Below, one piece after another: positions 10,654 to 20,566 of a DNA stretch of 22,059 bases. The first letter of the stretch is position 1. Every line of letters starts with the position of its first letter. A model generated the notes under the pieces. It saw only the letters and a program-made list of their open reading frames with translations. It did no database searches and was not told where the DNA came from. The DNA comes from Tubiluchus corallicola (taxonomy: Eukaryota > Animalia > Priapulida): contig JAQGDQ010001893.1 of assembly GCA_030141605.1 (NCBI GenBank), positions 1-22,059 on the forward strand. The letters are read 5' to 3'. A program made the position numbers and the translations under genes.

Positions 10654-12034
10654 ATACAACCAAGATGAGGCATGTTCCATAGGTACAACCAGCATGAGGC
10701 ATGTTCCATAGGTACAACCAGCATGAGGCATGTTCCACAGGTACAACCAGCATGAAGCATGTTCCACAGGTACACCCAGCATGAGGCATGTTCCACAGGT
10801 ACAACCAGCATGAGGCATGTCCCGTAGGTACAACCAGCATGAGGCATGTTCCACAGGTACAACCAGCATGAGGCATGTTCCACAGGTTCAACCACCATGA
10901 GGCATGGTCCGTAGGTACAACCAGCATGAGGCATGTTCCACAGGTACACCCAGCATGAGGCATGTTCCACAGGTACACCCAGCATGAGGCATGTTCCACA
11001 GGTTCAACCAGCATGAGGCATGTTCCATAGGTACAACCAGCATGAGGCATGTTCCACAGGTACACCCAGCATGAAGCATGTTCCACAGGTACACCCAGCA
11101 TGAGGCATGTTCCATAGGTACAACCAGCATGAGGCATGTTCCGTAGGTACAACCAGCATGAGGCATGTCCTGAAAGTACAACCAGCATGAGGCATGTAAC
11201 ACAGGTACAACCAGCATGAGGCATGTCCCGAAAGTACAACCAGCATGAGGCATATTCCATAGGTACAACCAACATGAGGCATGTCCCGTCGGTACAACCA
11301 GCATGAGGCATGTTCCATAGGTACAACCAGCATGAGGCATGTTCCATAGGTACAACCAGCATGAGGCACAATCCATATGTACAGCCAGTGAGGCATGTTC
11401 CGAAAGTACAACCAGCATGAGGCATGTCCCGTAGGTACAACCAGCATGAGGCACAATCCGTATGTACAACCAGCATGAGGCATGTTCCACAGGTACAACC
11501 AGCATGAGGCATGTCCCGTAGGTACAACCAGCATGAGGCATGTTCCACAGGTACAACCAGCATGAGGCATGTTCCGTAGGTACAACCAGCATGAGGCATG
11601 TTTCACAGGTACAACCAGCATGAGGCATGTCCCGTAGGTACAACCAGTATGAGGCATGTCCCATAGGTACAACCAGCATGAGGCATGTTCCATAGGTACA
11701 ACCAGTATGAGGCATGTCCCGTAGGTACAACCAGCATGAGGCATGTTCCACAGGTACAACCAGCATGAGGCATGTTCCACAGGTACAACCAGCATGAGGC
11801 ATGTTCCACAGGTACAACCAGCATGAGGCATGTTCCACAGGTTCAACCAGTATGAGGCATGTCCTGTAGGTACAACCAGCATGAGGCACAATCCGTATGT
11901 ACAACCAGCATGAGGCATGTTCCACAGGTACAACCAGCATGAGGCATGTTTTGTAGGTACAACCAGCATGAGGCATGTTTTGTAGGTACAACCAGCATGA
12001 GGCATGTTTTGTAGGTACAACCAGCATGAGGCAT
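10654..12034. repeat. 29-bp minisatellite, ~47 copies
   Basis: Monomer GAGGCATGTTCCACAGGTACAACCAGCAT (GGTACAACC at 10682, 10711, ...). The 29-aa periodicity of the overlapping ORFs in all three minus frames confirms the unit length. Confidence 0.97.
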
Positions 12035-12660
12035 ATGTATATATTATTATAGTGATGGTAAAAACACCTGCTCGTTTGCCTGCTGAATCGACGAGGCCAC
12101 TCCATATCAGCTACTTGTTGTTGCTATGCATTGCTCATATGCAATGTCTTCGTAATGGATCGAACCATCACAATGTGGGGGTGGGTGGAAAATAAATGGC
12201 ATTTTGCCGTGGTAACAATATCAATGACTTGTTGCTACGAAACTTTTAATACGTATAACAACAAGATGAAAGTAGCCAGGTGATTATTATGACCTCTGTA
12301 CAAACTAAAAGTGAAAAGTACAGTGCTGCCATGAGGGACCCTGGCGGTCAATAATTTTGTGAACAATTATTACACAAACCTTTCAGAAGCGCGAAACTGG
12401 GTGTCACAGATCATCAAAAATACAGAAAAAATAACGAATTTGGTTCAGAATTTCTACCAAGAATAAACACATTGCCATTAATTTCACTCATGTTAAAGTG
12501 TAACATGTAACATTTAAACTGGTTGTTTTACGTAAATTTTACCTGTACAATAACCATATTTCTCTTTTTAGCTGTAAATTTCAGTTGATTTTGCAGATTT
12601 TGTTTTTATTATTATGATGCCCCTGGCGGTTGTGTGAAGACTATTTATTTTACATACATT

Positions 12661-12692
12661 TACTACTACTAACACTACTACTACTACTACTG

Positions 12693-12749
<57 letters not shown>

Positions 12750-12777
12750 ACACTACTACTACTACTACTACTACTAA

Positions 12778-12808
<31 letters not shown>

Positions 12809-12809
12809 G

Positions 12810-12858
<49 letters not shown>

Positions 12859-12891
12859 CACCACTACTACTACTACTACCACTACCACTAC
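12661..12891. repeat. (CTA)n microsatellite with a short (CCA)n tail
   Basis: Direct reading; source of the poly-V, poly-L and poly-S ORFs. Confidence 0.98.
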
Positions 12892-13294
12892 ACAAGCGTG
12901 AAACTGGGTGTCATAGATCAACAAAAATACAGGAAAATAACGAATTAGGTTCAGAATATGTAAAAAACTCTTGAAGACTTCTCAACAATTAGGTGAATGG
13001 CAGAACATATAATTAAACATCACAATTCGAACTGAAACAGTTTCAAATTCATGAAATTCAAACAGCAAAATACTAATGAAGGCACGTCATGATCTTACCA
13101 TTGAAATCTTAAATGTCAATCCAAGTCAATAACTTATCAACCTATAGTACAACTAAGTACCCTTACAAATGTCAGAATTGACTGCTCACTCTATCTGACA
13201 GGAAACTGCCAGGAATAACAGGAGGAATAGCAATTGAAGCTCTTCCGATTAATCCAAGATTGGTAGGTTCAAGCCAAGCTGGTTCTGCTGACAT

Positions 13295-14374
13295 TTATTC
13301 CCATTCCTCATCATCAGCAAATTTAATGTTTTCTCTATCTGTGCTACCATCTAGTGCATCTTCTAGTAATATGCTAGGTCTTGCTTTAGTCTCAGGAGGT
13401 ACTGCCACAGTACCGCCTTTGCTGCGTGCATATATGATGCTACCCTTCTTCGTAGGTACCGGCACTTGTGGGAGGAGGTCCGGACGAAAGCTGGACATAT
13501 ACGGCTGTTCGTCGTCCGTCGTCTTGTTCGGGTGAGAATTTTGTTTTACTTCAGGGTTTCTGTTAGGATCAATCAAATGGCTGACAGCATATGCTGACTC
13601 CCCGTCGTCCCTTCTGTACAGCTTGCTGGCCGGAGCAGGCAATGACGGCGGAGTCAGAAGTTCTGGTGGCGGAGGCGGAAGATCCGCATCATCTCCAAAG
13701 TCTGGAGGTGGCGGAAGTTCAGGCTCCGCGTATTTGTTATTGCCGGGAGAGGAAGGTTCAGCATAGATCTGAACGCCTGAATTATGTTTACGTTCGTGAG
13801 TGGGATCCACCATTGGAACATTCTCTTTTGGCTCGCGTGGTACATTCTTGCGTTCGTAACTTCTAATTTCCTGTAGCTCCTTCTGCGGTGCCGCGGACCA
13901 CATGTCAGAAATGTCGTCCGGCTTTCTTGGCTTTTTTCTTTTTGTCGTTTGTCTCCAGTAGCAGTAGCCACCAACCATCAGCAGTAAGACAACAACAAGT
14001 ATGACCAACACAATCCATCCCTTTCGAGCTTTCTCCGGCACGCAAGCGCCATCTTCTGGTACCAAGCCATGTCCGCATGCAAGACAAATTACAAATATTT
14101 CTTGTGTAACATTGTTAGAACAGTCTATCTGAGAGCCACTTCTTGTCCTACATTGAGGCACATTGTCTTCAGGGCATTCACTGATGGACTCGCACACAAG
14201 AACGTCCTTAAGACAATCGCAACATCTACTGCTGTCGTACTTGCTGCAATTCGTTCCAATAGACGAAGGCACATCTGTACACGGATCTGGCTGTACAGTG
14301 ACTGTTGCTGTAACAACGCAGACGCCAAGCAACACAATGCAACAGAGATTACGCGTGCACGAATATAACATCAT
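13295..14374 (-). CDS. Uncharacterised single-pass type I membrane protein, 359 aa: signal peptide, 12-Cys ectodomain, TM helix, Pro/Tyr-motif cytoplasmic tail
   Basis: Long non-repetitive ORF with higher GC than its flanks. Hydrophobic N-terminus (~aa 9-24); Cys at 32, 43, 51, 52, 54, 61, 67, 75, 85, 97, 100, 111; N-glycosylation sequons NCS and NVT; TM aa ~119-140 followed by KRKKPRK. Branch point and acceptor 39 nt upstream of the ATG; minus-strand AATAAA at 12649-12644 and 12610-12605. Confidence 0.88.
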   Translation of the reverse strand: MMLYSCTRNLCCIVLLGVCVVTATVTVQPDPCTDVPSSIGTNCSKYDSSRCCDCLKDVLVCESISECPEDNVPQCRTRSGSQIDCSNNVTQEIFVICLACGHGLVPEDGACVPEKARKGWIVLVILVVVLLLMVGGYCYWRQTTKRKKPRKPDDISDMWSAAPQKELQEIRSYERKNVPREPKENVPMVDPTHERKHNSGVQIYAEPSSPGNNKYAEPELPPPPDFGDDADLPPPPPELLTPPSLPAPASKLYRRDDGESAYAVSHLIDPNRNPEVKQNSHPNKTTDDEQPYMSSFRPDLLPQVPVPTKKGSIIYARSKGGTVAVPPETKARPSILLEDALDGSTDRENIKFADDEEWE

Positions 14375-14413
14375 GAAAAGTCTGTCGAAATTCTACGATA
14401 GTACAGTAGCATT

Positions 14414-14433
14414 CTAAATGCGAAGAGTTAGTG
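14414..14433 (-). promoter_or_regulatory. Branch point plus 3' splice acceptor upstream of the membrane-protein ATG
   Basis: Minus strand reads CACTAAC-TCTTCGCATTTAG|; the exon would start at 14413. Confidence 0.7.
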
Positions 14434-14827
14434 TAAATCTTAGTGTGAATTCACAAAGTTTGCATACAATGCTGAAAGCTTTACATTCTAACGCGATGAT
14501 ACGTGTGCACGAGTGTAGTATGTATACATTCTACCGTGCGGACTTTGACCACTGTAATTTATCGTATGGTAAATACATATGAGCAAAGCCTAGGAATGGG
14601 TACTAAACAAGTGGACGTTTATCAAACAGTGTGTTTTGTTGTTCATTATTGCGGGTACCCGGTAGTTAGACCCTAATAACCTTGCGCCCAGTGGAGAATT
14701 GCTTGCAAGCACAAACACACCGATGAAAAGATAATTATTACGTTGATGAAAGAGCGGGTTCAGAGAGGCGTAATTACAATTAACCATGGAAACGTTATTA
14801 TAAGTGTGGACAGCCTATGAAATGCCA

Positions 14828-15400
14828 ATATATATATATATAAATTCTTTATTTGTCATTAAAATGGTTCACTCATTATAATAAAATTGAGTAAGCCTCA
14901 GCGTAATGTTAAAATAACAACACTGTTCAAGACAAATGCGTCCAGTGCATACTAAAAAAAAACTAAAGTGCAAAACTAAGGCCTAATTATATACAATAAA
15001 TGAACATATTTACAAACACCATATTAAAATATTTTTACAAAACAATATTACAAAAGTACATTAAATTTTGCATGACATATTTTACACTATATATACATTT
15101 GACATGACACAATTAACAGAAACGTGCTTTACATTACATAAATTTCACTCATTACATTTACACTATTTATACATTTGACATTACAAAACTAACATAACAC
15201 GTATTACATTACATAATTTTTTTAAAAAAATTCATTTTTAATCGTTTTATGGAGTCAGGGGCGGGGGTAGATGAAAGTTGAGTCTGTGTAATTAGTATCA
15301 GATGCACAATGTGGAAGTTGAAACCTGTTATACTGATATTCTTTTAATTTCTTTTTAAAGTGGTGGAGAGATTCTATTTGTTTTATTTCACTGGGTAGTT
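14828..15400 (-). mobile_element. 5'-truncated LINE remnant (CR1/L2/Crack-like 3' end)
   Basis: Minus strand from ~15398 encodes LPSEIKQIESLHHFKKKLKEY, resembling the ORF2 C-terminal (WN)xLPxxIKxxxSLxxFKxxLK motif. It is followed by an AT-rich 3' UTR, AATAAA (~14850) and a (TA)n tail. Confidence 0.6.
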
Positions 15401-15694
15401 AAAGCCGGTTAAAGCATACACATTTCACCTGCTAACATCTTCTAAAGTATGCATCAAGTTAATCAAGTTATCTTAATTTTACATACTATTAACAAATAAT
15501 AGTCTTTCTATTTTTTATATCATCCCATATATAAGCTTCATTCATTACATCATTCCATTTTAAGCACTAATGTTTTTTTTATTTTTATGATACGATTCAC
15601 TTTAAATTTTCAGATTATTTTCATTACTTTTTTTTCTTTCACTGTGTGGGACACTCTAACAAGCCCTGCTTTTGAATGCCCGCAACACATTTAC

Positions 15695-15729
15695 CTTCGT
15701 ATATAGGTGAACAGTGTTTGAGGCTTTTC
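15695..15729 (-). other. Candidate 35-nt exon
   Basis: Strong acceptor TTTTTATTGTTTCTGCACAG| and donor GAAG|GTAAAT. No homology evidence. Confidence 0.4.
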
Positions 15730-16147
15730 CTGTGCAGAAACAATAAAAATTTATTTGTGTTATGTTCATTGTAGGCCCTTTCACTAGATATTGTACATGA
15801 AACTATTGTAAATGTGTAATGTGAAATAAATGACTTATGACTTATGCATGTAAGTCGAAGTTCCTTAGACGGCTTATAAAAAGTAAACAATTTACGTTAT
15901 TTGTAAATTACATAGGCTACAAATACAATTAAAGTAAACAATTTAATACATACATACGCACATAAGCATCACGTAAAACATGCAATACATATTCAAAAAG
16001 TTACACTCATAAAAAGCAACATAATTATGAGGGTCTGTGTGGAGGAGACACAAAGAGGAATTGTTTCTTACCTGTAATCACCAAGAACTTATGTAGATGG
16101 ACATAATTTAATCGGCGTTTGAAAAGGTTTCCATTTTCAAACTTTAA

Positions 16148-16595
16148 CCCTTTCAGTCCCAAATTATTTTTTTAATAAGAATTTTTTTTTGATTTGGTAC
16201 TTTTGTTCAGTATGTCCATCTTGTTTACACATAATAATTATTTTTTTCTACCTGTGCCCGCCTGCTAAATATAGCCTGTATCCCACGGGATACATTGGGA
16301 TTCAATGGAAGCATAAAATGTGCTTCATTTTGCAACTGCTGATAGTTTTTTAAAGTATTTAAGACATTTAGTATGCATGCTATGCTGATCTGTACAAAGT
16401 CGTCTCTAAAGTACTGTACCTTGAGCAGTTTTTTATGTTATGTAGATTTTCTAGTTTGCCATTTTATCACCATTTTTAGTCTATTGTTATTGGCTTAAAA
16501 CAAAATAACTATTAACAGATCAAATAACTGTCAGTTTTAAAATTTTATTAATTTAAAGGCAGAAAATGTTCTTGTATCCCACGGGTATGAAAGGG
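16148..16595. mobile_element. piggyBac-like MITE, 448 bp
   Basis: TTAA on both sides (16144-16147 and 16596-16599). TIRs CCCTTTCAGTCCC / GGGTATGAAAGGG (11/13). Internal palindrome TGTATCCC-AC-GGGATACA near 16277, partly repeated at the right end. Confidence 0.88.
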
Positions 16596-16743
16596 TTAAC
16601 CAGTGGTGTATCATTTACAATTTATAATGCCAAAATGCAGTTAAACATACGCACTTCACCAGCTAACATGTTCTAAAGTGTGCATGTAAGATTAGGTTCC
16701 TTAGACGGCTTATAAAAAGTAAACAATTTACATTGTTTTTTAC

Positions 16744-16828
16744 CATTAAAGCAAGCGTACGAGCAACCCCAGAAGAAATTTATGCTTCTTACGTCTTCCG
16801 GTTCTGCAATGATATCGTCGAATCCAAC
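16744..16828 (-). CDS. Caveolin-family exon (signature plus start of the scaffolding domain); gene apparently incomplete in this window
   Basis: TTTGTGTTCCAG|GTT... translates VGFDDIIAEPEDVRSINFFWGCSYACFN(G), matching the caveolin signature FEDVIAEP-EG-x-HS-x-D-x-x-W-x-x-S-F-x-x-F. The phase-0 acceptor sits just before the signature, as recalled for vertebrate caveolins. The donor AATG|GTAAAA is less certain. Confidence 0.8.
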
Positions 16829-16834
16829 CTGGAA

Positions 16835-19800
16835 CACAAACTTCCATCTTTAAACAAGGATAATGATGTAGGCAGTCAGCAAAGCGAGGCAAACTTCCAT
16901 CTTTAAACAAGGATAATGATGCAGTAAGCCAGCAAAGCGAGGCAAACTTCCATCTCTAAACAAGGATAATGATGCAGTAAGCCAGCAAAGCGACACAAAC
17001 TTCCATCTTTAAACAAGGATAATGATGCAGTAAGCCAGCAAAGCGAGGCAAACTTCCATCTTTAAACAAGGATAATGATGCAGGCAGCCAGCAAAGCGAG
17101 GCAAACTTCCATCTTTAAACAAGGATAATGATGCAGTAAGCCAGCAAAGCGAGGCAAACTTCCATCTTTGAACAAGGATAATGATGCAGTAAGCCAGCAA
17201 GGCGACACAAACTTCCATCTTTAAACAAGGATAATGATGCAGTAAGCCAGCAAGGCGAGGCAAACTTCATCTTTAAACAAGGATAATGATGCAGTAAGCC
17301 AGCAAAGCGACACAAACTTCCATCTTTAAACAAGGATAATGATGCAGTAAGCCAGCAAAGCGAGGCAAACTTCCATCTTTAAACAAGGATAATGATGCAG
17401 TAAGCCAGCAAAGCGAGGCAAACTTCCATCTTTAAACAAGGATAATGATGCAGTAAGCCAGCAAAGCGACACAAACTTCCATCTTTAAACAAGGATAATG
17501 ATGCAGGCAGCCAGCAAGGCGAGACAAACTTTCATCTTTAAACAAGGATAATGATGCAGGCAGCCAGCAAAGCGAGGCAAACTTCCATCTTTGAACAAGG
17601 ATAATGATGCAGGCAGCCAGCAAAGCGAGGCAAACTTCCATCTTTGAACAAGGATAATGGTGCAGGCAGTCAGCAAAGCGAGGCAAACTTCCATCTTTGA
17701 ACAAGGATAATGATGCAGGCAGTCAGCAAAGCGAGACAAACTTCCATCTTTAAACAAGGATAATGATGCAGTAAGCCAGCAAAGCGAGACAAACTTCCAT
17801 CTTTAAACAAGGATAATGGTGCAGTAAGCCAGCAAAGCGAGGCAAACTTCCATCTTTAAGCAAGGATAATGATGCAGGCAGTCAGCAAAGCGAGGCAAAC
17901 TTCCATCTTTGAACAAGGATAATGATGCAGGCAGTCAGCAAGGCGACACAAACTTCCATCTTTAAACAAGGATAATGATGCAGGCAGCCAGCAAGGCGAG
18001 GCAAACTTCCATCTTTAAACAAGGATAATGGTGCAGTAAGCCAGCAAAGCGAGGCAAACTTCCATCTTTAAGCAAGGATAATGATGCAGTAAGCCAGCAA
18101 AGCGAGACAAACTTCCATCTTTAAACAAGGATAATGATGCAGTAAGCCAGCAAAGCGAGACAAACTTCCATCTTTAAACAAGGATAATGGTGCAGTAAGC
18201 CAGCAAAGCGAGGCAAACTTCCATCTTTAAGCAAGGATAATGATGCAGGCAGTCAGCAAAGCGAGGCAAACTTCCATCTTTGAACAAGGATAATGATGCA
18301 GGCAGTCAGCAAGGCGACACAAACTTCCATCTTTAAACAAGGATAATGATGCAGGCAGCCAGCAAGGCGAGGCAAACTTCTATCTTTAAACAAGGATAAT
18401 GATGCAGTAAGCCAGCAAAGCGACACAAACTTCCATCTTTGAACAAGGATAATGGTGCAGTAAGCCAGCAAGGCGACACAAACTTCCATCTTTAAACAAG
18501 GATAATGATGCAGGCAGCCAGCAAAGCGAGGCAAACTTCCCTCTTTAAACAAGGATAATGATGCAGTAAGCCAGCAAAGCGAGGCAAACTTCCATCTTTG
18601 AACAAGGATAATGATGCAGGCAGTCAGCAAAGCGAGGCAAACTTCCATCTTTAAACAAGGATAACGATGCAGTAAGCCAGCAAAGCGAGGCAAACTTCCA
18701 TCTTTAAACAAGGATAATGATGCAGGCAGCCAGCAAAGCGAGGCAAACTTCCATCTTTAAACAAGGATAATGATGCAGGCAGTCCAGCAAGCGAGGCAAA
18801 CTTCCATCTTTGAACAAGGATAATGATGCAGGCAGTCAGCAAAGGCAAACTTCCATCTTTGAACAAGGATAATGATGCAGGCAGCCAGCAAAGCGAGGCA
18901 AACTTCCATCTTTAAACAAGGATAATGATGCAGGCAGCCAGCAAAGCGAGACAAACTTCCATCTTTAAACAAGGATAATGATGCAGTAAGCCAGCAAAGC
19001 GAGGCAAACTTCCATCTTTGAACAAGGATAATGATGCAGGCAGCCAGCAAAGCGAGGCAAACTTCCATCTTTGAACAAGGATAATGATGCAGGCAGCCAG
19101 CAAAGCGAGGCAAACTTCCATCTTTAAACAAGGATAATGATGCAGGCAGTCAGCAAGGCGAGACAAACTTCCATCTTTAAACAAGGATAATGATGCAGGC
19201 AGCCAGCAAGGCGAGGCAAACTTCCATCTTTAAACAAGGATAATGATGCAGTAAGCCAGCAAAGCGAGGCAAACTTCCATCTTTAAGCAAGGATAATGAT
19301 GCAGTAAGCCAGCAAAGCGAGACAAACTTCCATCTTTAAACAAGGATAATGATGCAGTAAGCCAGCAAAGCGAGACAAACTTCCATCTTTAAACAAGGAT
19401 AATGGTGCAGTAAGCCAGCAAAGCGAGGCAAACTTCCATCTTTAAACAAGGATAATGATGCAGGCAGTCAGCAAAGCGAGGCAAACTTCCATCTTTGAAC
19501 AAGGATAATGATGCAGGCAGTCAGCAAGGCGACACAAACTTCCATCTTTAAACAAGGATAATGATGCAGGCAGCCAGCAAGGCGAGGCAAACTTCTATCT
19601 TTAAACAAGGATAATGATGCAGTAAGCCAGCAAAGCGACACAAACTTCCATCTTTGAACAAGGATAATGGTGCAGTAAGCCAGCAAGGCGACACAAACTT
19701 CCATCTTTAAACAAGGATAATGATGCAGGCAGCCAGCAAAGCGAGGCAAACTTCCCTCTTTAAACAAGGATAATGATGCAGTAAGCCAGCAAAGCGAGAC

Positions 19801-20540
19801 AAACTTCCATCTTTAAACAAGGATAATGATGCAGTAAGCCAGCAAAGCGAGGCAAACTTCCATCTTTAAACAAGGATAATGATGCAGTAAGCCAGCAAAG
19901 CGACACAAACTTCCATCTTTAAACAAGGATAATGATGCAGTAAGCCAGCAAAGCGAGGCAAACTTCCATCTTTAAACAAGGATAATGATGCAGGCAGCCA
20001 GCAAAGCGAGGCAAACTTCCATCTTTAAACAAGGATAATGATGCAGGCAGTCAGCAAAGCGAGGCAAACTTCCATCTTTGAACAAGGATAATGATGCAGG
20101 CAGTCAGCAAAGCGAGGCAAACTTCCATCTTTGAACAAGGATAATGATGCAGGCAGCCAGCAAAGCGAGGCAAACTTCCATCTTTGAACAAGGATAATGA
20201 TGCAGGCAGTCAGCAAGGCGACACAAACTTCCATCTTTAAACAAGGATAATGATGCAGGCAGCCAGCAAAGCGAGGCAAACTTCCATCTTTGAACAAGGA
20301 TAATGATGCAGGCAGCCAGCAAAGCGAGGCAAACTTCCATCTTTGAACAAGGATAATGATGCAGGCAGCCAGCAAAGCGAGGCAAACTTCCATCTTTAAA
20401 CAAGGATAATGATGCAGGCAGTCAGCAAGGCGAGACAAACTTCCATCTTTAAACAAGGATAATGATGCAGGCAGCCAGCAAAGCGAGGCAAACTTCCATC
20501 TTTGAACAAGGATAATGATGCAGGCAGTCAGCAAGGCGAG
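16835..20540. repeat. 53-bp minisatellite, ~70 copies, filling the intron upstream of the caveolin-signature exon
   Basis: Monomer AAACTTCCATCTTTAAACAAGGATAATGATGCAG(TAAGC/GCAGC/GCAGT)CAGCAAAGCGAGGC; starts at 16838, 16891, ... Confidence 0.97.
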
Positions 20541-20566
20541 AAAGCAAACAGCCTGTATCCACCCAC

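Noticed and set aside
10628-12105. Long Cys/Met/His-rich ORFs (323-405 aa) on the minus strand
   Set aside because: All three frames give the same 29-aa cycle because a stop-free 29-bp monomer is not a multiple of 3. This is a repeat artefact with no sign of frame-specific selection.
12568-12974. Poly-Val/Leu/Ser ORFs (also poly-Leu 3099..3281 and VC-repeat 1579..1842)
   Set aside because: Microsatellite translations.
13260-14417. Short ORFs overlapping the 359-aa gene on both strands
   Set aside because: Shadow frames of a GC-richer coding region. Only the 359-aa frame has a coherent signal peptide/TM architecture.
16751-16930. Plus-strand exon reading ASVRATPEEIYASYVFRFCND with a GCA|GTAAGC donor in the 53-mer
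   Set aside because: It is the antisense of the caveolin-signature exon, which has a recognisable family motif and a better acceptor.
16835-20540. CRISPR-like appearance of the regular arrays (also 10654-12034)
   Set aside because: Monomers are head-to-tail with no unique spacers, no cas genes are present, and the context is eukaryotic with spliceosomal introns.
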